DNA of 64,000 bases from Asterias rubens (GCF_902459465.1 NC_047077.1:1674001-1738000), one strand, 5' to 3'. Numbered from the stretch's first letter, positions 39,530 through 52,242 are shown. Numbers and translations: made by a program. Notes: a model not told the origin generated them from the letters alone.

Positions 39530-42500
39530 TCTGATCCGGAAAATAAGTTTGCCTATAAATACCCCCAATTTAAATTGGACGAACACATACACCATCTGAT
39601 CCATCGGGCAGGACTCCCGCGCCTCAGACCATGGGCGCTGCTGGGTCATAAAACCGCCCATGGACCCTCGGCCGACGCCCTGCTCTCCGATGCCCGTACT
39701 ACCAACCCTTCTGCTCCAACCAGTACGTCAGTGACGGAGTTATGATGCCGGGCCCCATGAGGGTCTACCGGGTTTATCATAAAATTTGAAATGCTATCTT
39801 GTAAAATGATTACCTTGAAACTCAAGTTAACAAAAACTAATGGGTTTCCCTATTACCCCCCCCCCCCCTCTCAAAAAAAACCCCAAAAATAAATAAATAA
39901 AGTTTAAAGATGAGCGCCACAAATTCCACCAGGTTATGTCGAATTCGTATTTAAGTAATGCTTTTTTGGAAAGATAATAAAAAAAGAACCCCCCCCCCCT
40001 CCAACAAAAAAGTGACCCGTCGTTTCCAATTTATAAATGCCTTGTTTTATGATTTAAAAATCACAAGAGTTGAACCTTGAACTTCCATGAAAGTTTGCCA
40101 TATAGGCCCTATGAAGAATTTTACCCTACTGTAGAGTTTCGAACTGTTATTCTTCTTGCCGGGTGGGAGACGTTTTTAGAACAGCCGTACAGTTCGCAAG
40201 CGTAGGGGACAGATGATTAAAAAATATATATACCAGCATCTTATGGATTGGGGACACCCACTTACCCCTCCCCATCCGCCGGACTATGGGCCAAAAAAGA
40301 GTCTCTCGGTTCAGTCACCAACATCCTGGTGGGTGCCAGCACCCACCAGCCGGCTTGCTCCGAACTCGACCCGTTCTCGGAGTTTAGCGGGCGCCGCAAA
40401 AAGTGAACCGTATCTCTTGAGGACTTTTTGCCTCTGAACTCCACCCGAATTTCAGAACCTCGGAGAACTTACTTAATAATTTGTCCGCATATATTGGCCA
40501 TGAACCCCAATGGCCCCTCGGCCGATACCCTGCTCTCCAATGCGAGTTAGCCCGGACTCACCAACCCTTCTGCTCCAACCAGTTCATCAGTAAAGCAGCT
40601 CTGATGCCGGGCCCCACGAGGGTCTAACGGGATTATCATAAATTGTTAAATTCTATATTGTAAAATGATAACCTTGAAAGTCAAGTGAAAAAATAACAGG
40701 TTTCCTTATTACATTACCCCCCCCCAAAAAAAAAAAAAAGATAAAGAAGATATAAATCAGTGCCACAAGTTCCACCAGGTTATGTCAAATTCATAATGCC
40801 TTTATAAGCGCTTTGCACTGTTAGAAGAATATTGCCCAAATTAAACAATTACCAGAGTTGAGCCTTGAACTTTTTTTATGAAAGTTTGCCCTCCAAAAAG
40901 TCGATTGAAAAAGAACAGAATAAAACAGAACCCCCCCCCCCCCTCCAACGAAAAAAGTGACCCGTCGTTTCCATTTATAAATGCCGTGTTTGAGATTTTT
41001 GCCCCAAATTTAACAAATCACAAGAGTTGAGCCTTGAACTTTAATGAAAGTTTGCCCTCCCAAAAAAAACAGGAAACTGACCCGTCGTTTCAAATTTATA
41101 AAAATAAATCATAACTAATGTTTAAATAAGCCTTGCATTGTAAGAAAAATTTCATCCTAAATATAAAACTGTGGAGTTTCAAGATTCTTAAAAGTTTGCT
41201 CAAATACAAAATAGGAAACCAAATCCCAGCCCCCCCCCCCAAAAAAAAAAAAAAAAATGACTCGTCGTTTTTCAATTTATAAATAATTTGTAAAATTATA
41301 CTTTTTTTTTAATAAGCCTTGCATTGTAGAAGAATTTCACCCTAACTTTAAAACTGTAGAGTTTCGGAATTGTTATTCTTCTTGCCGGGGTGGGAGACGT
41401 TTTTAGTACAGCCGTATAGTTCGCAAGCGTCGGGGACAGATGATTACAAAAAAATATACCAGCATCTTATGGATTGGGGACACCCACTTACCCCTCCCCA
41501 TCCGCCGGACTATGAGCCAAAAAAGAGTCTCTCGGTTCAGTCACCAACATCCTGGTGGGTGCCAGCACCCACCAGCCGGCTTGCTCCGAACTCGACCCGT
41601 TCTCGGAGTTTAGCGGGCGCCGCAAAAAGTGAACCGTATCTCTTGAGGACTTTTTGCCTCTGAACTCCACCCGAATTTCAGAACCTCGGAGAACTTACTT
41701 AATAATTTGTCCGCATATTGGCCATGAACCCCAATGGCCCCTCGGCCGATACCCTGCTCTCCAATGCGAGTTAGCCCGGACTCACCAACCCTTCTGCTCC
41801 AACCAGTTCATCAGTAAAGCAGCTCTGATGCCGGGCCCCACGAGGGTCTAACGGGATTATCATAAATTGTTAAATTCTATATTGTAAAATGATAACCTTG
41901 AAAGTCAAGTGAAAAAATAACAGGTTTCCTTATTACATTACCCCCCCCCCCAAAAAAAAAAAAAAGATAAAGAAGATATAAATCAGTGCCACAAGTTCCA
42001 CCAGGTTATGTCAAATTCATAATGCCTTTATAAGCGCTTTGCACTGTTAGAAGAATATTGCCCAAATTAAACAATTACCAGAGTTGAGCCTTGAACTTTT
42101 TTTATGAAAGTTTGCCCTCCAAAAAGTCGATTGAAAAAGAACAGAATAAAACAGAACCCCCCCCCCCTCCAACGAAAAAAGTGACCCGTCGTTTCCATTT
42201 ATAAATGCCGTGTTTGAGATTTTTGCCCCAAATTTAACAAATCACAAGAGTTGAGCCTTGAACTCTAATGAAAGTTTGCCCTCCCAAAAAAAACAGGAAA
42301 CTGACCCGTCGTTTCAAATTTATAAAAATAAATCATAACTAATGTTTAAATAAGCCTTGCATTGTAAGAAAAATTTCATCCTAAATATAAAACTGTGGAG
42401 TTTCAAGATTCTTAAAAGTTTGCTCAAATACAAAATAGGAAACCAAATCCCAGCCCCCCCCCCAAAAAAAAAAAAAGAAAAAAAAAATGACTCGTCGTTT

Positions 42501-45500
42501 TTCAATTTATAAATAATTTGTAAAATTATACTTTTTTTTTAATAAGCCTTGCATTGTAGAAGAATTTCACCCTAACTTTAAAACTGTAGAGTTTCGGAAT
42601 TGTTATTCTTCTTGCCGGGGTGGGAGACGTTTTTAGTACAGCCGTATAGTTCGCAAGCGTCGGGGACAGATGATTACAAAAAAATATACCAGCATCTTAT
42701 GGATTGGGGACACCCACTTACCCCTCCCCATCCGCCGGACTATGAGCCAAAAAAGAGTCTCTCGGTTCAGTCACCAACATCCTGGTGGGTGCCAGCACCC
42801 ACCAGCCGGCTTGCTCCGAACTCGACCCGTTCTCGGAGTTTAGCGGGCGCCGCAAAAAGTGAACCGTATCTCTTGAGGACTTTTTGCCTCTGAACTCCAC
42901 CCGAATTTCAGAACCTCGGAGAACTTACTTAATAATTTGTCCGCATATTGGCCATGAACCCCAATGGCCCCTCGGCCGATACCCTGCTCTCCAATGCGAG
43001 TTAGCCCGGACTCACCAACCCTTCTGCTCCAACCAGTTCATCAGTAAAGCAGCTCTGATGCCGGGCCCCACGAGGGTCTAACGGGATTATCATAAATTGT
43101 TAAATTCTATATTGTAAAATGATAACCTTGAAAGTCAAGTGAAAAAATAACAGGTTTCCTTATTACATTACCCCCCCCCCCAAAAAAAAAAAAAAGATAA
43201 AGAAGATATAAATCAGTGCCACAAGTTCCACCAGGTTATGTCAAATTCATAATGCCTTTATAAGCGCTTTGCACTGTTAGAAGAATATTGCCCAAATTAA
43301 ACAATTACCAGAGTTGAGCCTTGAACTTTTTTTATGAAAGTTTGCCCTCCAAAAAGTCGATTGAAAAAGAACAGAATAAAACAGAACCCCCCCCCCCCTC
43401 CAACGAAAAAAGTGACCCGTCGTTTCCATTTATAAATGCCGTGTTTGAGATTTTTGCCCCAAATTTAACAAATCACAAGAGTTGAGCCTTGAACTCTAAT
43501 GAAAGTTTGCCCTCCCAAAAAAAACAGGAAACTGACCCGTCGTTTCAAATTTATAAAAATAAATCATAACTAATGTTTAAATAAGCCTTGCATTGTAAGA
43601 AAAATTTCATCCTAAATATAAAACTGTGGAGTTTCAAGATTCTTAAAAGTTTGCTCAAATACAAAATAGGAAACCAAATCCCAGCCCCCCCCCCAAAAAA
43701 AAAAAATAAAAAAATGACTCGTCGTTTTTCAATTTATAAATAATTTGTAAAATTATACCTTTTTTTTAATAAGCCTTGCATTGTAGAAGAATTTCACCCT
43801 AACTTTAAAACTGTAGAGTTTCGAATTGTTATTCTTCTTGCCGGGGTGGGAGACGTTTTTAGTACAGCCGTATAGTTCGCAAGCGTCGGGGACAGATGAT
43901 TACAAAAAAATATACCAGCATCTTATGGATTGGGGACACCCACTTACCCCTCCCCATCCGCCGGACTATGAGCCAAAAAAGAGTCTCTCGGTTCAGTCAC
44001 CAACATCCTGGTGGGTGCCAGCACCCACCAGCCGGCTTGCTCCGAACTCGACCCGTTCTCGGAGTTTAGCGGGCGCCGCAAAAAGTGAACCGTATCTCTT
44101 GAGGACTTTTTGCCTCTGAACTCCACCCGAATTTCAGAACCTCGGAGAACTTACTTAATAATTTGTCCGCATATTGGCCATGAACCCCCATGGCCCCTCG
44201 ACCGCCACACTGCTCTCCAATGCCCCCCCCCCCTCCCCCTCCCAAAAAAGGATATAAATAAGTGCCACAAATTCCACCAGGTTTTGTCGAACTCATAATG
44301 CCTTTCTAAGCGCATTGCGCTGTTTGAAGAATTTTGCCCTAAATTAAAATAATCACAAGAGTTGAGCCTTGAACTTTTTTTTTATGAAAGTGTGCCCTCC
44401 AAAAAGTCGATTGAAAAAAAAAAAAGATCCCGCCCGCCAAAAAATAGTGACCCGTCGTTTCCAATTTATAAATGCCGTGTTTGAGTATTTTGAAAATCAC
44501 AAGAGTTGAGTTATAAACTTTTTGTGAAGTTTGCCCTCCAAAAAGTTGACTTTAAAAAAATAGGAAACAAAATCCCAGCCAACCCCCCCCCCCCCCCAAC
44601 AAAAACAAATCAATAAAAAATAAATCAATAAAAAAAGTTATATTTGCCATCCCCCCAAAAAGTAAAAAGAATAAAATAATAATAATAATAATAATAAAAA
44701 AATATGGGTTTATTTTTCTTCTAAATTAATTAATAAATAAACCCGTCTTTTCCTATAATTCTTCTCAACGTGATTGTCGGTAATTTGCCCCAATACAATA
44801 ATTTATATTTGACGAACATACTCCATCCTGGTCCATCGGGCACGACTCTCGCGCCGCAGACCATGGGCGCTGCTGGGCCATGAACCCCCATGGCCCCTCG
44901 GCCGACACCCTGCTCTCCAATCCCCGGACTACCAACCCCTCTGCTCCAACCAGTTCCTCAGTAAAGGAGCTCTGACGCCGGGGCGGGCCCCATGAGGGTC
45001 TACCGGGGTAATCATAAAAATGTTAAAGTCTATAGTGTACAATGATAACCTTGAAAGTCAAGTTAAAAAAGCTAATGGGTTTCCTTATTGCTTTTAAGCG
45101 CTTTGCACTGTTAGAAGAATTTGGCCCTAAATTTAAATAATCACAAGAGTTGAGCCTTGAGCTTTTTTTAATGAAAGTTTGCCCTCCAAAAAGTCGATTC
45201 CGAAAAAAGAAAACAAGGCCCCCCCCCCTCCAAAAAGAAAAGTGACCCGTCGTTTGCAATTATTAAATTCCTTGTTTGAGGATTTTTGCCCAAAATAAAA
45301 AGGTGAGCTTTTAACTTTTATGAAAGATTGCCCTCTAAAAAGTTGACAAACAAAAATGGAAACAAAAATCATAGCCCCCCCCAAAAATAATAATAATAAT
45401 AATTATAATAATAATAAATAAAAAAATAAAATAAAAAATTACCCGTCGTTTCCAATTGATCAATAATTTATGAAATAAGCCTTGCATTTTATGAAGAATT

Positions 45501-47110
45501 TCATCCTAAATTAAAACTGTTGAGTTTCGAATTTTTATTAAAGTTTGCCCTCCAACAAAGAAACCTCAAAATAAGTAAAAAGAATACGCCCCCCCCCCAA
45601 AAAAAAAAAAGAAAGAACTATATTAAAAAAATGTGTTTTTTGTTTCTTTTAAATTATTAAATAAATAAGCCCGTCTTTTCCAATTAATAAGTGTAGGTTT
45701 TTGTCCACATAATTCTTTTGAACGTGGTTGTCGGTAGTTTGCCAAAATACAATAATTTATATTTGTCGAACAAACTCTTATAATCGGTCCATCGGGCAGG
45801 ACCCTCGCGCCTCAGACCATGGGTGCTTCTGGGCCTTAGACCCCCATGGCCCCTCGGCCGACACCCTGCTCTCCAATGCCCGGACTACAACAACAGAATA
45901 TACCAGCATCTTATGGATTGGGGCGCCCACTTACCCCCTCCCAATTCGCCGGACTATGGGCCAAAAAAGAGTCTCTTGGTTCAGTCACCAACACCCTCGT
46001 GGGTGCCAGCACCCACCAGCCGGCTTGCCCATAACTCGACCCGTTCTCGGAGTTTAGCGGGCGCCGCGAAAAGTTTACCGTATCTCTTGAGGATTTTTGC
46101 CTCTGAACTCCACCCGAATTTCAGAACCTCGGAGAACTTCCTTTGTCCGTGCGCATTTATGATTGGCAATGAACCCCCCCCCCCCCCCATGGACCCTGCT
46201 CTCCAACACCCTGCTCTCCAATGCCCGGACTACCAACCCTTATGCTCCAACCAGTTCATCAGTGAAGGAGCTCTGATGCCGGGCCCCACGAGGGTCTAAC
46301 GGGGTTATCAGAAAAAATGTAAAATAATAACCTTAAGTCAAGTGGGAAAAAAAAACAAAAAAAATAAATAAAAAAATCTCAAGCGTTCAGCCTTGAGCTT
46401 TGTTATGGGTGCTGCTGGGCCCTGGACCCCCGTGCCCCCCTCGGCCGACACCCTGCTCTCCACTGCCCGGACCAACCCTTCGGCTCCAACCACTTCGTCA
46501 AGAACGGAGCTTTGTCGGGGCCAAGGAGGGTCTACCGGGATTCATTATAAAAATTTAAAATTCTAGTGTAACATAATTACATGTAGCTTGAAAGTCAAGT
46601 TTAAAAAAAACAATTGGCTTACTTATTGGCAAATTGGCTTACTTATTGGCAACACCCCCTCCCCCCCCCCCCCCAAAAAAAAAGGGGGAAAAAAGAAGAA
46701 AAAAATGATAAATTAATTAAATAAAAATAATATTAAAAACAAATGATCGCCATATAGTTCCTCCGTGGTATGTAGACTGACTCAATATTTAGTAGTATCT
46801 ATAGGATAAGTCTTGCATTGTTAGAAGAATTTCACCCAAAACTGAAAAACAAATCACAAGAAGTGACCAAGAATTTTGCTCTCCCAAAAGTCGCTTAAAA
46901 AATAACATTTTAATGCCTCTTAACCCCGTCTTCTCGTACGGATAAACTCATGGTTTTTTCCACATAAATCTTGTAAACGTGAAAGTTGGATACTTGATTA
47001 CAATTCCTATGTTGAACATTATTCCTACCGTTCCATCGGGAATGATGACTCTCACGCCTCAGACCCTGGGCACTGCTGGTGGGCCATGCACCCCCCCCCC
47101 CCACCAACAC
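39530..47110 (+). repeat. Modular repeat family: GC-rich cores interleaved with GAGTTGAGCCTTGAAC...TTTGCCCTCC...GACCCGTCGTTTCC subrepeats and C/A homopolymers
   Basis: The core CCCCATGGCCCCTCGGCCGACACCCTGCTCTCC...CTTCTGCTCCAACCAG...GGGCCCCATGAGGGTCTACCGGG recurs in variant forms at about 39600, 40500, 41720, 42950, 44180, 44830, 45790, 46170, 46410 and 47030. Confidence 0.9.
40130..44185 (+). repeat. Near-identical tandem array, unit about 1226-1230 bp, about 3.3 copies
   Basis: The anchor TACCAGCATCTTATGG recurs at 40231, 41457, 42687 and 43913, and identical spurious ORFs recur with the same period. Differences are mostly homopolymer lengths plus a few substitutions. Confidence 0.95.
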
Positions 47111-47903
47111 ACACAATATAAATTGCCGCCAAATGATGACAAAGTAAAACATCCAGCGCCACGTAACCTCAAACACTGACGGTTTATTGCTGAAAGTAAT
47201 TATTGTACATATTGAATAACTCAAGTTTGACAAAAACATTTTTTTTTAGAGGCCCTACCCTGTAAAAACTTTAATTACAAAGAAACCATAAAACTTAAAG
47301 CACATTCTGTATGATTTTGTTTTAGTTGTTGTTTTACTGCTGGTTATGACATACATTTGATAAAATGTGAATTTAGAATAAAAATACAAAAAAGTTACGC
47401 TGCAATATGTCAGGCATTCGGGCTCCGCGATTTCGGTCCGTAGTCCTTTCGTGACGTTTACCCGTACCTTACCGGCTGCCATAATAGTACCCTTCTGGAG
47501 TGTCGACCGACTCACAGCACATCCTCCCCTGCCTCGGTCCCTAGCACCGCGGGCCCTGTCTCTTTAGGGGAGGAAACGCCAACCCACTTCGCCAACGTGT
47601 CGGTGCTGAAATTTTGGGATTTGCAATTATATGAGACTGGGATCCATATGACGTAATAGACATTGCATCGCCAACAGAGTTTGAACCTCGACTGGCGCTT
47701 GAAAGTTTGTGTGCTAAAAAGAATATATAACAAATCAAAAACAAAAGTTTACACGTATAAAATGGCAGAAGGTCTAAATTTAGAGCTCATCGGGCAAGCA
47801 GTGAAATCCTAAAACTAAACGAGTTTGATAGACAAAGTTAAAATTAAAATTAAACGAGTTTGATAGACAAAGTAAACCTTAATCTGAATCCCACGGGTGA
47901 GCC

Positions 47904-48720
47904 TTAAAGACATGGACACCTTTGGTATTTTTCAAAGACCAGTCTTCTCACTTGGTGTATCTCAACGTTATGCAAAAAATTGTGAAAATTTGAGCGCAAT
48001 TGCATTGGCGTCAATCATGGGGGGGGGGGGGAGGGTGACATCCCCCACCACCTTTTGGAGGGTGGGGGACACAATAGCAAATGTCCCCGCCCCCCCCCCT
48101 GTTTTCGACCAGCTCATCTATGCACTGTGTCCCGCCATTGGCATCAATCCTTTGGGGAAACGGATTACACCACTTTCTGAGGAGCGGGGGACGGACACTA
48201 CCTTTGACTCAAATGCCACCCCCCCCCCCCCCTCAAAATTGGCCTAAGGTTGCACCTCGCATGCTCACTCTTTGACAGATTTGCTCCCTAAATTCGTGTC
48301 AAAGATCCGCACCGCGGCTGAAGATGATGTTAACCCAGAAGGTTCTACTGTTCTGTTTCATTCACTATGCCTGTTATTTTCCCAAGACTGCACCGTAGAG
48401 CATCTAATATGCAAGAACGAAATTCCCGGCCCTTGAGCCGTAAATGTTATCATTTACGATGCCCCCCCCCCCCCCCACATCTTTCAAGGCAGATTGACGC
48501 CCATTGATTTCGGGACCTCGAAATCGAATTCGTTGTCTCGAAACCAAATTGAAGAATTTTACTGGAAAATTACTTCTTTCTCGAAAACCACAATACTTTA
48601 GAGGGAGCCGTTTCTCATTATGTTTTATACGATCAACAGCTCTCTATTGCTCATCACCAAGTAAGTTTTTATGCTAACAATTATTTTGCGTTACTATATC
48701 AATAGTGTCCAGTGCCTTTA
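47904..48720 (+). mobile_element. Same TTAA family, interrupted by a nested element at about 48003-48505
   Basis: TTAAAGACATGGACACC ... GTGTCCAGTGCCTTTA. The insert is bounded by CATTGGCGTCAATC / GATTGACGCCCAT. Confidence 0.7.
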
Positions 48721-48859
48721 TTATAAGCCTTGTCAATTTTAGCCCGCCAACCAATCATGGCCTAACAAAATTAGTCCCCAAAAGACCCATAAAATGGATA
48801 AACCCAGGCTTTTTGTTTAGTCAAGTTCTTCTTATCTTATTTACCTAATGTCGTGTATT

Positions 48860-49240
48860 TGTTTTTTTGGGGGCCATGGACCCCGATTGCCGATCGGCCG
48901 ACGACCCAGACACCAAGCTCTCCGGTGCCCGGAGGACGCCCGACCCTCTGCTCCAACCAGTTTGTCGGGAACGAACCTAAAACGTTTACTTCACATCCGA
49001 TTTCGGCAATTAGAAACCACGAGTTCCCCAAAATATCCCGTTGCCAAATTTCGGCACTTGATGAATAGTTATAAAAAAATACTGTGGATGGAAACATCAG
49101 CGACCAGGTCGTCCGTGGTAGCCACAAAGAACCCTCGTGCCTCTTCTTGGGGCATAGCGCTGCCTTGCCCCGTAGTTTGCCCCGTAGTCTCGGACACCCC
49201 CCCCCCCACCCCCATTGCCGCTCGGCTGATACCCGGTTTA
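48860..49240 (+). repeat. Diverged outlying copy of the same GC-core repeat family
   Basis: ...TCGGCCGACGACCCAGACACCAAGCTCTCCGGTGCCCGG...CCTCTGCTCCAACCAGTTTGTCGGGAACGAAC. Confidence 0.75.
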
Positions 49241-49389
49241 TTATTAGTTCTGAACATGCGCACACACCGAGAACAATTGATTTTACCTGGTAAGTCTGCG
49301 GCCACCAACCAACGGTGTCCTGAATACCTAATTGTACATGTATTATAGTTTTTTTAATTTTATTTATGGCTTTCCCATATAGAAATAGA

Positions 49390-49575
49390 ACCCGATTTAT
49401 CGTGTACGTAAATGATAATGGTCACGTACGTACATGATAAGTCAATCGTGTATATGATAACTTTGGATTTATCGTGTACGTACACAATAAAAGTTTTGAT
49501 TTATTGTGTACGTACACAATCAGTTATTGTGCACGAACATAATAAGTTTGGATTTATCGTGTGCGTATACAAATT
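49390..49575. repeat. Degenerate tandem palindromic repeat (ATYGTGTACGTACACRAT) upstream of SH3BP5L
   Basis: About 5 copies of GATTTATCGTGTACGTA..., including the perfect 18-bp palindrome ATTGTGTACGTACACAAT near 49503-49520. Confidence 0.8.
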
Positions 49576-49878
49576 ATTCATGTGGCGGCATTACGCTTCC
49601 GTATGTTTTAAATAATATTATACATATATTTTGTTTTTGTATTTTGGCTTTCCATAGTTTCCAACCTTAGTTGGACCAAAGTTGGTCTGTATTTGGGCGA
49701 AACCATTGATCTCCAGTAAATGGGGATCGATGGGCGAAACGCTGTTTCTACATGGGCGCCTAACTGCGAACACGTTGACGTCACGAAGTGGCTTTGAGCC
49801 AAATGTAACTCACTGCATGCTAGGCATTGGGTTGGCATTATTTTGTACACGCAATCAATATTTAGCATCACTTCCAAA

Positions 49879-49920
49879 ATGGCAGCGACGGAGGAGGAAG
49901 AAATTGACCCCCGAATTAAG
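49879..49920 (+). CDS. SH3BP5L: SH3BP5-like, exon 1 (MAATEEEEIDPRIK)
   Basis: ATG in aaaATGG context, donor AAG|GTAAGA. EEEIDPRI matches the SH3BP5L EEELDPRIQ motif. Confidence 0.92.
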
Positions 49921-50291
49921 GTAAGATTTTAACCCCTAAATAGCGGACATGCAAGCACAAGTGAAAGATCATTTATTTGTTTTTAATCTAGGTAATTGTA
50001 GGATGAAGTATGAGTAATTGACATGGTAAATTTATTGTGTAAATTCGTGGATGAATTAGGCCTACCACTACATTAATTTTTATGTTGTTGTGTTTTCACT
50101 TTTGTTCGTTTTGTTTGCGCAAGGAATGCGTGTGTTTCTTCCATGGTTAATGATTGATTGTGTGAACTGAATGCAACAAATGCATTGAAACCATTGTTTG
50201 CTTGTGATGACTCGTGCTTTAAATGTCCCTGAATTTGTAACCGCCCATCAACACGTTAAGATAGATTTTTAAATTTGGATTACTTTCCGTA

Positions 50292-50322
<31 letters not shown>

Positions 50323-50502
50323 GTTAAGAAGAAGAAGAATTTCTTAATTTTCTAAGATTAAGAATCAAGATAAGAACAAGCCCTTCATCAAGACATCAGT
50401 CCTGTGTGTATACTATTTTTCCAAAAAGTTCAAGCCCTGCTAATAAAGGCTTTCATGTTTTCTGTGTGCTAAGCAAACCTTAGCACAGTTTCTGTTGTAA
50501 CA

Positions 50503-50606
50503 GGTCAACTCATACCCAAGTCAACCTCGGGTACGAGTTGACTTGGGTACGAGTGGACTTGGGTACGAGTTGACTTGGTACGAGTTTACTTGAGTATGAG
50601 ATGACC
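50503..50606. repeat. 16-bp tandem repeat (GGGTACGAGTTGACTT) x about 5, with an inverted leading unit
   Basis: GGTCAACTCATACCCAAGTCAAC is followed by direct units at 50529, 50545, 50561 onward, forming a small fold-back element. Confidence 0.85.
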
Positions 50607-52043
50607 CGAATTCACTACTACACTGCAAAGAAAAATTATGCACAAACAAATTATGCACTGTCAAATCTTCTAGATTGTTTATGAGAAAATAGAATTAGCT
50701 AACTGCTATTCAACAAAAATGAACTACAGTATGGTATAAACATGGAGCAATCGTCTAGTTTATTGCTCCATGGTATAAATGACTAGTCCTAACTCTTTGT
50801 GAAATGGACCCTGATGTTTTGACCAGTAGCAGTGTCTTTCTCAAAGCAGAGATTGTGCATGAGATACACTTTTGCTTACACTCCTTTTTCTGTTGTTAAT
50901 ATTAATAAGCTTTTTAAAAAGTGCTTGTCCGGTAAAAAATTTATTCAACTACACATACGTAGGCCCTGAATGTCTGAAACTCTATACTAAAACTTTTTGT
51001 TTGTTATCCACAACAAATGAAATGAGATTAGTTTGGTTTTATATCGAATACACTGATGTGTGTTAGCACTGTATACTCGGTACTTTCCTGAGTTTCATGA
51101 AATGATGTCATGCATTTGGAATGTTAATAGGGAGCCCTGGGGAAATAATAGTTCAACTTGTTGATTCAAAATCACTCAAGCTCAAAGTCATCATCTGATT
51201 ATTGTTGAGTTTTGTTGGGCCATTGTGGTCGTATTTATCCACCATGACTCGGCATGTAAGGTTGTTTTTCCCCGGGTTTGTTCGTGAGAATACATTGGAT
51301 ATATGCATTATAACATTGTTTACAGTCACAATTTGTATTTTGGCGATTTCCCAACTATTTCTTGCCAATTAAAAATTAATAACCTGTTTCCTATCTATTT
51401 TCCAAGACTGAAATCAGTCATAATATCACTGTTATAAAACTTAAATTAAAAAGAAGCTACAACTCAAATTCAAAGGAATTTTACTTTTAAGGCAACAGTT
51501 TGAGACATTTTTCTTTACAGTAGAAAAAAAAAGTCTGTATTTTTAATTTCCAATGCAAAATTAACATAATTTAAATGATGAAATTGTGTCGTACACTCTG
51601 CCCCCAATGTATTGTCAATTAACCGAATGACGTTCATGAACTACTTGTTTTGTATCACTGTCACTATCAGCATCAGTAGACCTGATATATAGTGATAGCG
51701 CTTATGAAATACGCTTTAGGGTCCCATGTAAGATAGTTAGGTTGTAATCATAGGGGATAGGAAGTTGAACGCACGCTTCATGTTTTCCTGTTTTTCATAA
51801 GAATGATGAAATCTTCCATCGAGGCTGGCACTGGTCTAAAGCAGTCTTTCTTTCTCTTACATTATTCTTGATAGAGACAGATGGACATTTACTCGTCATT
51901 GTAGTGAATGAACCAATGAACATGTGACATGTTAAATTAGTTCTCTTCGCTCTTTCATTGCCTGTGTTTGTTTGTGTTTTGAACCTGAAGTGCCCAGCTT
52001 TTTGAGGTTTTTTCGGAATTCTGTATAAGATATGGATAAATAA

Positions 52044-52242
52044 AGCCCGGTTCATACTTCCTGCTAACACGAATGCGAAGTTGATTTGGCGTGAATTTGA
52101 CGTCACAACCCTCCTTTTGCAAGTGAGTAGAGCAGAGTTGAACTGCTGCAAATTATTTGTTTCGAATTTCTGCTGCAAATTATATGTTCGAATTTGTGAC
52201 GTCAACATTCGCTTCACATTCGCAGGAAGTATGAACCAGGCT
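52044..52242. mobile_element. MITE with AGCCCGGTTCATACTTCCTGC TIR
   Basis: AGCCCGGTTCATACTTCCTGC ... GCAGGAAGTATGAACCAGGCT. Confidence 0.85.

Noticed and set aside
44876-44960. HDV-like ribozyme suggested by GGC-CCCTCG-GCC (P3/L3-like)
   Set aside because: No upstream P1 partner, no GG for P1.1, and no P2 or J4/2 in the required order.
40213-46299. Repeated 60-158 aa ORFs in the tandem array
   Set aside because: They are products of GC-rich repeat cores. Frames are not preserved between diverged copies, homopolymer indels are frequent, and there is no collagen or other motif.
48837-49348. Overlapping 142-aa and 166-aa ORFs
   Set aside because: They lie in a diverged copy of the GC-core repeat, with no protein motif.
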